NCBI GenBank assembly: GCA_963727005.1
Contig: CAVSEO010000001.1
Span: 13,085-77,084 of the forward strand
Direction of reading: 5' to 3'
From: an uncultured Chloroflexia bacterium
Lineage (GTDB): Bacteria; Chloroflexota; Limnocylindria; Limnocylindrales; CSP1-4
DNA length: 64,000 nucleotides
The notes below the pieces were generated by a model. The model saw nothing but the letters and a program-made list of their open reading frames with translations, ran no database searches and had not been told where the DNA came from. Positions within the stretch are counted from its first letter, which is position 1, and each line of letters begins with the position of its first letter. Shown one piece after another: positions 1 to 10,259 of the stretch. The position numbers and the translations under genes are program-made.

Positions 1-1260
1 TCGGGCGGCCGGGTTGGTCACGTCGTTGGCCCCGACCACGAGGGCCAGGTCCGTCCGCTCGAACTCCGGGTTTATCTCGTCCATCTCCCGCAGTTGCGGG
101 TATGGCACGTTCGCCTCGGCCAGCAGAACGTTCATATGGCCCGGCATGCGGCCGGCCACCGGATGGATCGCATACGAGACTTCTATGCCGCGGGCCTCGA
201 GCAGGTCGGCGAGTTCGCGCACGCCGTGCTGCGCCTGCGCCACTGCCAGGCCGTAGCCGGGGACGATGATCACCTTGCTGGCGTAGGCGAGCTGAATGGC
301 CGCGTCGTCGACCGAGACCTCGCGTATGGTGCCGCCCTCGGCCGTCAGGTCGGTTTGCGTGCCTTCCTTGCCGCCGAACCCGCCGACCAGGATGTTGGCG
401 ATCGAGCGGTTCATCGCGTTCGCCATGAGCCTCGTCAGAATCGCGCCGGATGCCCCGACGAGCGCTCCGGCGACGATGAGCATGACGTTGTTGACGACGA
501 AGCCGGCCATGGAGACCGCCGTGCCGGTGAAGGCGTTGAGGAGCGAGATGACGACCGGCATGTCGGCCCCGCCGATGGGCAGGACCATGGTCACGCCGAA
601 CACCAGGGCGCAGGCCAGCGCGACCAGCAGGAGGGCATATAGAACCGGCGTCTCGTATGTGACGACCCCCGCTCCGGCGAGGATGAGCACGATGGAAACG
701 CTCAGTCCGCAGACCACGGCGAACCAGGACAGGATCCGTCCGCCCGGGATGAGTATCGGCCGGCCCCGCAGGATGCCCATCAGCTTGGCCGTCGCGATCA
801 GCGATCCGGTGAAGGTGACCGAGCCGACGAGGATGTCGGCCAGGATGAAGAAGGTCCGCCAGCCATCCAGGCCCGGCGCCCCGCCGGCCAGGATGCGGTG
901 CCCGTCGAGGGCGAGGAAGTCGTTGAGTGCCAGGAGGCCGGCCGCGCCGCCGCCGACCGCGTTGAAGAGCGAGACGAGCTGGGGCATGGCGGTCATCTGC
1001 AGGGTGCGGGCCATCCGAAGACCGACGCCGCCGCCCAGGGCCAGGCCGCCGATGATGATTGCCCAGTTGCCGAGGCCGGTGTGGTTCTGGCTCACGAAGG
1101 CGAGCTCGGCGGCGACGGCGATGATCATGCCGGCGGCGGACAGGCGATTGCCCGTACGCGCGGTAGCCGGCGAATTCATCAAGTGCAGCCCGATGACGAA
1201 GAGAGCCGCACCGACGAGGAAGGAGAGCTGGACCGCGTAGCCGAGGTCGGTCGTGCTCAT
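1..1260 (-). CDS. pntB: NAD(P) transhydrogenase subunit beta (PntB); 3' end runs off the window start
   Basis: Absent from the ORF track because it is open at position 1. My minus-strand translation from ATG at 1260 reads MSTTDLGYAVQLSFLVGAAL... and reaches ...DLALVVGANDVTNPAA at the edge (conserved PntB dIII motif). ATGA stop/start overlap with upstream pntAB. Confidence 0.9.
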   Translation of the reverse strand, partial: MSTTDLGYAVQLSFLVGAALFVIGLHLMNSPATARTGNRLSAAGMIIAVAAELAFVSQNHTGLGNWAIIIGGLALGGGVGLRMARTLQMTAMPQLVSLFNAVGGGAAGLLALNDFLALDGHRILAGGAPGLDGWRTFFILADILVGSVTFTGSLIATAKLMGILRGRPILIPGGRILSWFAVVCGLSVSIVLILAGAGVVTYETPVLYALLLVALACALVFGVTMVLPIGGADMPVVISLLNAFTGTAVSMAGFVVNNVMLIVAGALVGASGAILTRLMANAMNRSIANILVGGFGGKEGTQTDLTAEGGTIREVSVDDAAIQLAYASKVIIVPGYGLAVAQAQHGVRELADLLEARGIEVSYAIHPVAGRMPGHMNVLLAEANVPYPQLREMDEINPEFERTDLALVVGANDVTNPAAR

Positions 1261-1589
1261 CGGGCGGCCTTCGTGGTCTCGCCCGCCTTGTCGGTCGGGG
1301 AGGGCGGGCGCCGTTTGAACATCTGCAGCATTCGATCCGTGACCCAGTAGCCGCCCACGACGTTTGCCCCGGCGAACGCCATGGCGACGAACGCCAGCGC
1401 GGCCGCGAGGGGGTCGTCGGCGGTGGCGGCCAATCCGATGGCGCCGACCAGGACGATCCCGTGGATCGAGTTGGTGCCGGACATGAGCGGCGTGTGGAGT
1501 GTCGCCGGCACTTTGCTGATGACCTCGAAGCCGAGCAGGATCGCCAGGACGAAGACCGTCAGTGAGTCGATGAGCATGCTGACGTTCAT
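1257..1589 (-). CDS. pntAB: NAD(P) transhydrogenase subunit alpha part 2 (small membrane subunit)
   Basis: 110-aa ORF with three hydrophobic helices (FVLAILLGFEVISKVP...HGIVLVGAIG...). Sits between pntAA and pntB with overlapping stops/starts. Confidence 0.85.
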   Translation of the reverse strand: MNVSMLIDSLTVFVLAILLGFEVISKVPATLHTPLMSGTNSIHGIVLVGAIGLAATADDPLAAALAFVAMAFAGANVVGGYWVTDRMLQMFKRRPPSPTDKAGETTKAAR

Positions 1590-2748
1590 GCCTTGGCGCC
1601 TCCTCTTGTTGTCGGCTGCAGGAGCTTCCGGGTGGCCTCCTGGATCACCTTCCCGCCGTGTGTGATGACAGTCGCGGCGGTGACTTCGTCATCGAAGTCC
1701 AATCTCAGCTCTCCGGACTTGACGAAGTTCAGGAGAAGGTTCGAGATGTTGCGTGAGTAGAAGATGCTCGCGCCGGTCGGCATCGAGGACGGCAGATTCG
1801 TGGGGGCGTGGATCTCGACGCCGTTCGGGGTGATCGTCACCTTGCCGGGGTTCGATAGCTCGCAGTTGCCGCCGAGCTCGCTGGCCGCCATGTCGATGAT
1901 CACCGAACCGGCGCCCATCGCTTCGACGGCTGCGCGGGTTACGAGAACCGGTGGCCGGCGGCCGGGGACCTGGGCCGTGGTGATGACCACGTCCTGCTTG
2001 GCGATGATGTCGTTGAGTTCGGCCTGCTGGGCGGCCTGCTCCGCCGCGGTGAGGGCCCGCGCGTAGCCGCCTTCACCGGTCGCGTCGCCAACCGAGCTGA
2101 GAGTCACGAACTGGGCGCCCAGCGATTCGACCTGCTCCTTGGTTTCGCGCCGGACGTCGTAGGCCTTGACCATTGCGCGCCGAGGCGGCGGGCCGTGGCA
2201 ATCGCCTGCAAGCCGGCGACGCCCACACCGAGAACCAGGACGTTGGCCGGCTTCGCCGTGCCGGCCGGGGTCGTTAGTAGCGGGAAGAAGCGCCCGAATG
2301 ACTCGGCCGCGATCAGGACTGCTTTGTAGCCGCCGACGTTGGCCTGTGAGGAGAGTGCGTCCATCGACTGGGCGCGGCTGATCGTCCGGGGGATCGCATC
2401 GAGGCTGATCGTCGTCAGCTGCAGGTTGGCCATCTCCAGCATCGCGAGGGGATCCAGCAGCGGAGCAAGCATGCCGATGATCACCTGGCCCGGGTGAGTA
2501 GCCTTGAGCTCGTCCGGCGTGGGCCGATGTATGCGAAGGATGATGTCGCTGCCGGAGTAGAGCGACGCCGTTGTGACTATCCGGGCATCCGCCTCCACGT
2601 AGGAGTCATCCGGGAATGCGGCCGCCGCGCCGGCGCCGCGCTCCACGAGCACGCTGATATCCGCGTCTCGGAGCTTGTCGATCGCGTCGGGGACGAGGGC
2701 GACGCGTCGTTCTCCCGGTGCGGTCTCCCTGGCGACGCCAACTTTCAT
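1586..2748 (-). CDS. pntAA: NAD(P) transhydrogenase subunit alpha part 1 (PntAA); one frameshift as assembled near 2165-2175
   Basis: N-terminal part in ORF 2104..2820 from MKVGVARETAPGERRVALVP to the NAD-binding VLVLGVGVAGLQAIATARRLGA. The rest is in ORF 1586..2173 (VKAYDVRRETKEQVESLGAQF...). The break falls directly after the Rossmann GxGxxG, so a natural split is implausible. Confidence 0.85.
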
Positions 2749-3190
2749 AGGTATCTCACCTGCTTCGCGGCTTGGATCGGCCATCCTTACGGCCAACGTC
2801 CGGCAAGGGCGCCGAGCCATCCGCCGGGACGCGGCGTCGGGACGCTAGGGCAGTCTAGCCGGGCGCGGCCGCCTGTGTCCTGGCGGGGCGGCTCGCGAGG
2901 GCGGTGGAGGCCACTCGGATGGGTCGTGGATCGCACTATGCAACTGGGCTGCCGTCCCGGGGGCCTTGCCGCGGTGTGCCGGCCGGGTCACCTTCCCCCT
3001 GGAGAGACAGCGTCCTCGGTTTCACACTTCGCGGGGCGGCATTCTGAGTCGATCAGATGTCGTCCGGCATTGCGGTTGGAGAATCCAGAAGTGACACCTA
3101 GTCACACGACGCCGAAAGCGTATAGTCGTCTTGCTACCGCCGCATCGCGGCCGAAAAGCCACTCGGGTCGTACGCTGAGAGAGGAAGAAG

Positions 3191-3529
3191 ATGGTTAAGG
3201 TCAGGAAGGCCGACCCGGCTCTAATGGACGCACCAGGCAAGCGAACCCGCAAGTTGAGTCCCGCGGCGCTTGCTCGAGAACAGCAGCAGCGCCAGTTCAA
3301 GCGGCTGATCGGCCAGCTCAAGGGACCGGAGCAGGTTTTCGAGGTTCGCCTCGATCCGATCGAGAAGCCGATCACCATCAGGCAGCGTCTCCTGCGCGTG
3401 GCCGCCGAGGCCAAGGTCGAGATCGCGGTGCGAAAGCACGGCGACGGGTTTCTGGTCGGGTTGCTCACACCTGAACGACGCACGAACCGAGGTCGGCGCC
3501 AGGGCGTCACGACGGCGAAGGGCCGGTAG
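3191..3529 (+). CDS. hypothetical small basic protein (112 aa)
   Basis: ATG preceded by GAGAGGAAGAAG. Codon third positions are GC-rich. No family recognised. Confidence 0.4.
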   Translation: MVKVRKADPALMDAPGKRTRKLSPAALAREQQQRQFKRLIGQLKGPEQVFEVRLDPIEKPITIRQRLLRVAAEAKVEIAVRKHGDGFLVGLLTPERRTNRGRRQGVTTAKGR

Positions 3530-3706
3530 CCGGCTAGTCGAGTCGGCCCGGCGCGGATAAGGGATGCCTTCGGGCTTGCGCGGGCGATCCTCCGCGGTGG
3601 ATTCGGGCAATACCCTGAGGCCGGAGTGGCGCGCCTTCTCGCCGGGCAGGAGTGACGGCTGCGGCTGACGGCCAGACAGCGTTTCAGTCGGGGGTGTCGA
3701 ACGAGA

Positions 3707-5167
3707 ATGAACCGAAGCCGGTCCAAGGCCACCCATGTGCGCGATAAGGCGTCGCCGGCCGGCGCCGACGTATCCGGAACCGCGGTCGACACTGCCGGCG
3801 ATCCGGAAGCGGGCCGAGCGCGCCTGATCGAGATCCGCTGCGGGTTCGCGGATCTCGCCAGGAAGGAAGCGGACGCCGCCCACGACCGAGCGTCCGAGGC
3901 CCGGAACCGGTACGAGGAGCAGCTGAGAGCGCTGGCCCGAGCTCGGGCGGCGTTGGACAAAGCCGCGGCGGTCAAGGACAAAGCCCGCCGCGCCTACCGG
4001 GCGAGCCTGGTGGGGGCAACCGACCGCCTCCAGGTCGAAGCCGCGGCGATGGCCTGGCTCAAAGACATCAATCGCATCAACGGCCAGGTTCTGGTTGCGC
4101 AGGCACGCATCGACCGCAAACGCGAGATCGTCGAAGCCTTGCTGGCAAAGGCGGACAAGCTGTCGATTACCGCGGAAGCGAATCGGGCCATGGCCGAAGC
4201 GGCTCTCGCGGCGTGCGAGGCGGCTCGGCAGGCTGTGGGACGACCCGACGAGGGGATGGCGCCGGAGATAGCCGGGGCTGGGGCCGCCGCGGCCGCGCCC
4301 GCGGTCAAGCCCAGGGCCAGATCCGCGGCCAGACCCGCGGCCAGGGCCAGGGCAGTCGTTGCAGTCGAGGCCGCTCCCGCTCCCGCTCCCGCTCCGCGAG
4401 CCAGGTCCAGGGCCAAGCCGGCGCCACCCGCCAAGCCCGCCGTGGCCGAGGCAGAGGCCCCGGCTCCGAGTCAGGCTGCTCCGGCGCCGACACCCGCTTC
4501 TACGATTCCCACGTCCGCCGCGGCATTGGGCCAGTCGCCCGCCCCAGCCCCGCCGGCCGCGGCCGGGGGCAGGTTGTCGACCGACTGGCTGGCGGTGGAC
4601 CTGCGGTCGCCTTCGCCGCAGGCGATCGTCCGGTTGGTCTGCCGGGACCGGGCCACGCTGGGCATGCTCGTCGACAAGCTCGCGGATGTTGACGCCACCG
4701 CCCGCAGAAGCTGGCAGCTTCTGCTTTCCAACTTCGTCGATGCCGTGGCGGCAGCGGCGATAGATGACGCCTTCTTCGAGTTCCCGCCCGGGAACCGCTT
4801 CTGGGATCTCTTCAAGCCGGACGAGGCCCGAGAGGTGGCGAGAGGCCTGGCCGCGCTTGGCTTCCGTTATGACGGATTGGGCGAGTTCGCCGACGACCGG
4901 GTGCCCATGCAGCGAGATCTCGCCTTCGCCGTTGGAGCCGCCGGCCTCCTGCCGGTGAGGATACGGTTCTGGCCGAATGCCGCCCAGACGGCCGAGCTGT
5001 ACAGGAACGTTCGAGTAGCCACCGAGGTCTTCGTCGCCGAGCGAGCCCCGGGTCTGACACTCGGCGAAACCGTCAGGCTCCTCGGCCGGAGAGCGGAGCA
5101 ACTGGCCGATCTATGGAACGAGTGGCCCCGAGTGCGGCCACTGCTCCTGGCCGCAAGCGTTCAGTAG
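3707..5167 (+). CDS. hypothetical protein: coiled-coil N-terminus, Ala/Pro-rich spacer, globular C-terminal domain
   Basis: 486-aa ORF with normal amino-acid diversity at both ends (e.g. DAFFEFPPGNRFWDLFKPDEAREVARGLAALGFRYDG). The overlapping 626-aa minus-strand ORF is Arg/Gly/Pro junk. Confidence 0.5.
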   Translation: MNRSRSKATHVRDKASPAGADVSGTAVDTAGDPEAGRARLIEIRCGFADLARKEADAAHDRASEARNRYEEQLRALARARAALDKAAAVKDKARRAYRASLVGATDRLQVEAAAMAWLKDINRINGQVLVAQARIDRKREIVEALLAKADKLSITAEANRAMAEAALAACEAARQAVGRPDEGMAPEIAGAGAAAAAPAVKPRARSAARPAARARAVVAVEAAPAPAPAPRARSRAKPAPPAKPAVAEAEAPAPSQAAPAPTPASTIPTSAAALGQSPAPAPPAAAGGRLSTDWLAVDLRSPSPQAIVRLVCRDRATLGMLVDKLADVDATARRSWQLLLSNFVDAVAAAAIDDAFFEFPPGNRFWDLFKPDEAREVARGLAALGFRYDGLGEFADDRVPMQRDLAFAVGAAGLLPVRIRFWPNAAQTAELYRNVRVATEVFVAERAPGLTLGETVRLLGRRAEQLADLWNEWPRVRPLLLAASVQ

Positions 5168-5173
5168 CTCGGG

Positions 5174-5920
5174 CTACCGGCGTTCCGGAGCCGCTTCCGC
5201 CGTAAGCGCCTCCGCGACTTCGTCGTTCTCCTCCGGATCCTGCTCCAGGACGACCAGTCGGTATCCCTCGGCTGCCGCCGTCCCGACTCGCCGTCCGCCT
5301 TCGGCCAGTCGCCCCCGGACCCGTTCGAACACGGCCTCCGGGTCGTGCAGCTGGCTCGAATGGCACCGCAGCGCCTCGATCTTGCGGTCCATGGTTCGGG
5401 TCACGTCTATCCACGCGTCCGCCTGGTTGCCCCACATCAGGTACAGCCGCCGGACCCGGTGCGCGGCGAGGCCTCCTCTGGCCAGCCACGGGAAGGCCAT
5501 CGGGTTGCGCGCCGCCGGATACACGGCGTCGATCGCGGCCATCGCCGCGGCCCGGTGGTCGGTGTGGTTGATGCCGCCGCCGGAGTGGACCACGATCTCG
5601 GGATCGCCGCAGATGACGGCATCCGGCTTGAACGTCCGGATCTCGCGGACCAGCGACTCGCGCAGGGGCAGGTCGTTCACCAGGCCGCCGTCGGGTTGGT
5701 GCAGGAAGCTCACGCCTGCGTAGCCGACGATCGCCGCTGCCCGCCGCTGCTCCTCTTCGCGGGCCTTCGCCAGCTCCACAGGATCGAGATCGGGATCCTC
5801 GCCGCCCGCCTCGCCTGACGTGCAGCAGACGAGCCAGCCTTCCGAACCGTCGTCGATCCAGGCGGACGCGGTTCCCGCGGGCCCGAAGTCGGCGTCATCG
5901 GGGTGGCCGACGATGACCAT
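5174..5920 (-). CDS. PIG-L/LmbE family N-acetylglucosaminyl deacetylase
   Basis: MVIVGHPDDADFG..., INHTDH and HSSQ motifs typical of LmbE/MshB-type zinc deacetylases. Confidence 0.85.
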   Translation of the reverse strand: MVIVGHPDDADFGPAGTASAWIDDGSEGWLVCCTSGEAGGEDPDLDPVELAKAREEEQRRAAAIVGYAGVSFLHQPDGGLVNDLPLRESLVREIRTFKPDAVICGDPEIVVHSGGGINHTDHRAAAMAAIDAVYPAARNPMAFPWLARGGLAAHRVRRLYLMWGNQADAWIDVTRTMDRKIEALRCHSSQLHDPEAVFERVRGRLAEGGRRVGTAAAEGYRLVVLEQDPEENDEVAEALTAEAAPERR

Positions 5921-6169
5921 GAAACGGCGTGGCCGCCATCGCGTGTAGTGGTTCTGTCTCGTCCGTCATCTGCCGCGTTTGATTCCTCGCTCGAAAAGGC
6001 CGTTGTCCATTGTCACCGACCGCGCTTGCCGTGGCCGGTCGCAACGTGCTGTTGGTGATTCCACACCATGTCGCTGGGAGTTATCATGCCGGCCGAGGCT
6101 TCGCTCGTCTCCCCCCACGGGCGAGGCCTCTCTCCATGCCCGGGACTCTACACGCTTGCCTGCGGACGG

Positions 6170-6655
6170 TCAGACGGGAGTCGCCCGAGCTTCCCGGAGG
6201 GCGGCCAGGACTTCAGTGGCGTGGTCCTCGGGCTTGACCTTCTCCCAGACGTGGGCGATGCGTCTATCGGGCCCCACGAGGAAACTGGTTCGCAGGATGC
6301 CCCAGTAGGTCTTGCCGTAGTTCTGCTTCTCTCCCCACGCGCCGTAGGCCTCGGCAACGGCGTGATCCTCGTCCGGGAGCAGGGTGAAAGGCAGCCCGTA
6401 CTTGGCCCTGAAGGCGGCCTTGCTGGCGGCTCCTTGAGGACTGAGGCCCCATACCTCGGTTTCCTCGTTGCCGAACGAGGCGTGAGCGTCGCGGAACGAG
6501 CAAGCCTCCTTGGTACAGCCGGTCGTGTCGTCGGCAGGGTAGAAGTAGACAACGGTGAAATGGCCGCGGCGGTCGGATAGTCGATGCGGCTTCCCTTCGT
6601 CGTCGCGGAGCTCGAAGTCGGGGGCGAGCTCGCCCACCTTCGGCATTGCGCTCAT
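6170..6655 (-). CDS. bcp: thioredoxin-dependent peroxiredoxin (Bcp type)
   Basis: ELAPDFEL..., VVYFYPADDTTGCTKEACSFRD (CxxxxC peroxidatic/resolving pair), WGLSPQG. Confidence 0.9.
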   Translation of the reverse strand: MSAMPKVGELAPDFELRDDEGKPHRLSDRRGHFTVVYFYPADDTTGCTKEACSFRDAHASFGNEETEVWGLSPQGAASKAAFRAKYGLPFTLLPDEDHAVAEAYGAWGEKQNYGKTYWGILRTSFLVGPDRRIAHVWEKVKPEDHATEVLAALREARATPV

Positions 6656-6791
6656 CGCTTCAGGCTAGCACCGAGGCCATTCGACGCCCGAGAGAGGCGG
6701 ATCCATCGCGCCGGCCGCGACAATCGGGTCGTGACCACGCGGGCGGGCCCCGACGGCGCGGCCGGTGTTAGGATTCTCGCAACCGAATACG

Positions 6792-6878
6792 CCTCCGGGG
6801 AGCGCCACGGGCGCTGAGAGTGCGGCTCCAGCCGCAGACCCGCCGTACCTGATCTGGGCAATACCAGCGAAGGAAGCA
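6792..6878 (+). promoter_or_regulatory. TPP (THI-box) riboswitch
   Basis: Read directly: CCGGGGAGCGCCACGGGCGCUGAGAGUGCGGCUCCAGCCGCAGACCCGCCGUACCUGAUCUGGGCAAUACCAGCGAAGGAAG. It contains the conserved CUGAGA, ACCC and ACCUGAUCUGG..AAUACCAGCG elements, about 70 nt upstream of thiD. Confidence 0.85.
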
Positions 6879-6944
6879 GGCTCGACCAAGCCCTCGCCGC
6901 ACTCCCCGCCGAGTGCGGCGAAATGTGTCTTGAGAGGTCGAGAA

Positions 6945-7772
6945 GTGATTCGGGAAGAACCGCCCGGCGCGGCGCCGCGCCGGCCCAGAGCGCTCACGAT
7001 TGCCGGCTCGGATTCCGGCGGTGGTGCGGGAATCCAGGCGGACCTCAAGACGTTCGCGGCATTCGGCGTATACGGTGCGTCGGCCATCACCGCCGTCACC
7101 GCCCAGAACACGATCGGCGTCCGGGCGATCCATGACGTGCCCGCCGCGGTGGTCGCGGCCCAGATCGACGCCGTCCTGGACGACATCGGCGCGGATGCGG
7201 CCAAGACCGGCATGCTCTCCAGCGCGGAGATCATCGAGACCGTGGCGGATCGGCTGCGTGCCCATGCCGTCACGGCGCTCGTGGTCGATCCGGTGATGGT
7301 CGCCAAGAGCGGCGACCGCCTGCTCCGCGAGGACGCGGTCCGGGCCCTGCGCGAGCTGCTGCTTCCGCTCGCGGCCGTCATCACTCCGAACGCACCCGAG
7401 GCGACCGTCCTGTCGGGCATCGACGTCGTGGACACGGCCTCCGCGCGAGAAGCGGCTCGCCTCATTCACGACCTGGGCCCCGCGCTGGTGGTCGTGAAGG
7501 GCGGGCATCTCGAGGGCGAAACATCCGACGACGTGGTCTTCGACGGGCGCACGTTCGAGATCCTGTCGGGGCGGCGGGTCGCCACCAGCCACACCCACGG
7601 CACGGGCTGCACCTTCTCGGCGGCCATTGCCGCGTGCCTTGCCTGCGGCCTGTGGCCGCCGGAGGCGGTCCGGGAGGCACGGGCTTATCTGCAAGGGGCC
7701 ATCGAGCACGCCGAACCGCTGGGCAGCGGCCATGGTCCGGTCGACCATCTCTGGAGGCTCTCGAATGGTTGA
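6945..7772 (+). CDS. thiD: hydroxymethylpyrimidine/phosphomethylpyrimidine kinase
   Basis: [21 protein letters not shown]..., [30 protein letters not shown] at 6945 follows GAGAGG. The track ORF starts further upstream inside the riboswitch. Confidence 0.9.
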   Translation: MIREEPPGAAPRRPRALTIAGSDSGGGAGIQADLKTFAAFGVYGASAITAVTAQNTIGVRAIHDVPAAVVAAQIDAVLDDIGADAAKTGMLSSAEIIETVADRLRAHAVTALVVDPVMVAKSGDRLLREDAVRALRELLLPLAAVITPNAPEATVLSGIDVVDTASAREAARLIHDLGPALVVVKGGHLEGETSDDVVFDGRTFEILSGRRVATSHTHGTGCTFSAAIAACLACGLWPPEAVREARAYLQGAIEHAEPLGSGHGPVDHLWRLSNG

Positions 7773-8589
7773 GCTCGATCTGGCGGAGCTGACCGCCGCG
7801 TCGCTGGAGCGCATCCGCGAGCGGACGCCGCTGGTTCACAACATCACCAACTTCGTGGTGATGAACGACACGGCCAACGTTCTGCTGGCTATCGGTGCGT
7901 CGCCGGTGATGGCCCACGCCATAGAGGAAGTTCGCGAGATGGTCTCGTACGCCGGAGCGCTCGTCCTCAACATCGGCACCCTGGATAACGAGTGGGTCGA
8001 GTCGATGCTCATCGCCGGCGAGGAGGCGAACGCCCGCAAGGTCCCGGTCGTCCTGGATCCGGTCGGGGCAGGCGCGACCGCCCTGCGCACGGCGACGGCG
8101 CAGCAGATCCTGGACAACGTCACGGTGGCATCGGTGCGCGGCAATGCCGGGGAGCTGGCGACGATCGCCGGCCTCGGGGCCGAGGTTCGCGGCGTCGACT
8201 CCGTTTCCGCCGACTCGCCGGACGCGGCCGCCAGGGTGGTGGCGCGCAGGACCGGTGGCGCGGCCGTGGCCAGTGGCGTGGTGGACTACGTGTCCGATGC
8301 CACACGCCTGGCCGAGGTCCGGAACGGCCACCCGCTCATGGGCCGCATCACCGGCTCCGGTTGCATGGCGACGGCCCTGGTCGGGGCCTTCCTGGCGGTG
8401 GAGCCCGATCCGTTCCTGGCGAGCGTCGAGGCGATGATCGCCTTCGGGATCGCCGGCGAGGCCGCGGCGAAGATCAGCGCCGGCCCGGGCACGTTCCGCG
8501 CCAACCTGATCGATGCGGTCTCCCAGCTGGATCGAGCGGCGATCCTGGCCGGGTGCCGAGCCACTGCAAGGGTGTGGCAACCCGCATGA
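7765..8589 (+). CDS. thiM: hydroxyethylthiazole kinase
   Basis: PLVHNITNFVVMNDTANVLLAIGASPVMA, VLDPVGAG, GSGCMATALVGAF. ATG overlaps the thiD stop. Confidence 0.9.
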   Translation: MVELDLAELTAASLERIRERTPLVHNITNFVVMNDTANVLLAIGASPVMAHAIEEVREMVSYAGALVLNIGTLDNEWVESMLIAGEEANARKVPVVLDPVGAGATALRTATAQQILDNVTVASVRGNAGELATIAGLGAEVRGVDSVSADSPDAAARVVARRTGGAAVASGVVDYVSDATRLAEVRNGHPLMGRITGSGCMATALVGAFLAVEPDPFLASVEAMIAFGIAGEAAAKISAGPGTFRANLIDAVSQLDRAAILAGCRATARVWQPA

Positions 8590-9264
8590 CAGAGCCGAGC
8601 CGGGAACGCATTCGACGCCGCGAGCTGCTCCGTAGTGCGCCCGTCTACCTCGTCACCGAGGAGGCGCTGAGCGCCGGCCGCCGCTCCGAGGAGATAGCCG
8701 AAGCCGCGCTGGCGGCCGGAGTGCGGGTCGTACAGGTGCGTGAGAAGGAAGGCTCCGCCCGCCGCGCCCTCGACGTGGCAAGCCGCGTGCGTGAGCTGAC
8801 CCGGCGCTACGGCGCCCTGATGATCGTCAACGACCGGATCGACATCGCCCTGGCCGTCGGCGCCGACGGCGTCCACCTGGGCCAGGACGACCTGCCGATC
8901 GAGCTGGCACGGCGCCTGATGGGCGGCGACGCGCTCGTCGGCCTTTCCATCACCGGCCCCGATCAGCTTGCCGGGCGGGACGCCGCCGAGGCCGACTACC
9001 TCGGGGTGGGAGCGATCTTCCCGACGGGCTCGAAGGACGACGCCACGACCGACGGGGCTGGCCCTGTTGACTGCGGCTCGGGCGGCTACGAAGGCCCCGG
9101 TCGTGGCGATCGGCGGCATCAACGCCGGCAATGCCGGGCTCGCCATCGCCGCGGGCGCGGACAGCGTGGCCGTCATCAGTGCCATCACCGCGGCCACCGA
9201 TACGGTCGCGGCCGTGCAGGCTCTCGAAGCCGCAGTGGCCGCCGCCCGGGACGCTCGCCGATGA
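8586..9264 (+). CDS. thiE: thiamine-phosphate synthase; one frameshift as assembled at the G-run near 9054
   Basis: First part is in the frame of ORF 7992..10244 (VYLVTEE...VQVREK...NDRIDIALAVGADGVHLGQDD...GAIFPTGSKDDAT). The C-terminus is in ORF 8968..9264 (GLALLTAARAATKAPVVAIGGINAGNAG...). ATGA overlap with thiM. Confidence 0.85.
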
Positions 9265-10244
9265 GTGGCCTCGGCGAGTTCGATCTGATCGACGCTCTCG
9301 CCGCCCGCCTGGACCCGCCCGAAGACGGGCTCGGGATCGGCGACGACGCCGCCGTGTGGAGGCCGAGCCCCGGCTCGGTGGTGGTGGCGACGACGGACAT
9401 GCTGGTCGAGGGGGTCCACTTCCGGCTCGACTGGACTTCGCCTCGCGACCTCGGCTGGAAGGCTCTCGCGGTCAGCCTCTCGGACCTGGCCGCGATGGGA
9501 GCGCGGCCGGGCCGAGGCCTCGTCTCCGTCGCCCTCATGCCGGGCCAGGCGGAGCTGGTCGAGGAGCTGTATGAGGGGATGAGCGAGCTGGCCCGCATGA
9601 CGGGCGCGCGGATCGTCGGCGGGGACACGGTCCGCAGCTCCGGGCCGCTGGTCGTCGACGTGGCCATGCTGGGCGAGGCGTATCCCGAACAGCTCTTGCG
9701 CCGCGACGGGGCGCACTCGGGCGACCTGCTCGCCCTGACCGGAACGGTGGGCGCCGCCGCCGCCGGCCTGGATCTCCTGCTCCGTGACGATCGGCAGTCG
9801 CTGCAGCGGCCGGAGGCAGCCCGGCTCCTCGCCGCTCTTCACCGCCCCGAGGCCCGGCTCGCTGCCGGAGCCGCTCTCGCCGCTCTTGGCCTCAAGTGCG
9901 CCATAGACGTCAGCGACGGCGTGGCGAGTGAGGCGTGGCACGTGGCCCGGGCGAGCCGGGTCGCCATCGAGATCGACGTGGATCGGTTGCCGCTCGCCCC
10001 CGAAGCCGTTGCCTTGCTCGGCCGCTCGAAGGCTCGGGATCTGGCGCTCTCCGGCGGCGAGGACTACCAGCTCCTGTTCGCCGTATCGGAGGCGAGACTG
10101 GCGGAGGTTACGGACGCTCTGGGCGAGGATGGGCCGCCGGTCGTCGTTGGTCGTGTGACGGGCGACAGGCCGGGCGGCCACGTGACCCTCATGGCGTCGG
10201 GTGCGCCGGTCGAGAGCCGCGAATCCGGCTACGTGGCCTTCTGA
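9261..10244 (+). CDS. thiL: thiamine-monophosphate kinase
   Basis: GEFDLIDALA..., GIGDDAAVW, ATTDMLVEGVHF, GGDTV, SGGEDYQLLF. ATGA overlap with the thiE stop. Confidence 0.9.
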   Translation: MSGLGEFDLIDALAARLDPPEDGLGIGDDAAVWRPSPGSVVVATTDMLVEGVHFRLDWTSPRDLGWKALAVSLSDLAAMGARPGRGLVSVALMPGQAELVEELYEGMSELARMTGARIVGGDTVRSSGPLVVDVAMLGEAYPEQLLRRDGAHSGDLLALTGTVGAAAAGLDLLLRDDRQSLQRPEAARLLAALHRPEARLAAGAALAALGLKCAIDVSDGVASEAWHVARASRVAIEIDVDRLPLAPEAVALLGRSKARDLALSGGEDYQLLFAVSEARLAEVTDALGEDGPPVVVGRVTGDRPGGHVTLMASGAPVESRESGYVAF

Positions 10245-10259
10245 GCGCCGGGGATCGAC

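Noticed and set aside
3221-5101. 626-aa minus-strand ORF, the longest ORF in this region
   Set aside because: Arg/Gly/Pro/Ser-dominated low-complexity translation (GSGSGSG, RGRGRG runs). It is antisense to a plus-strand ORF with normal composition and GC-rich third positions. This is a typical GC-driven shadow ORF.
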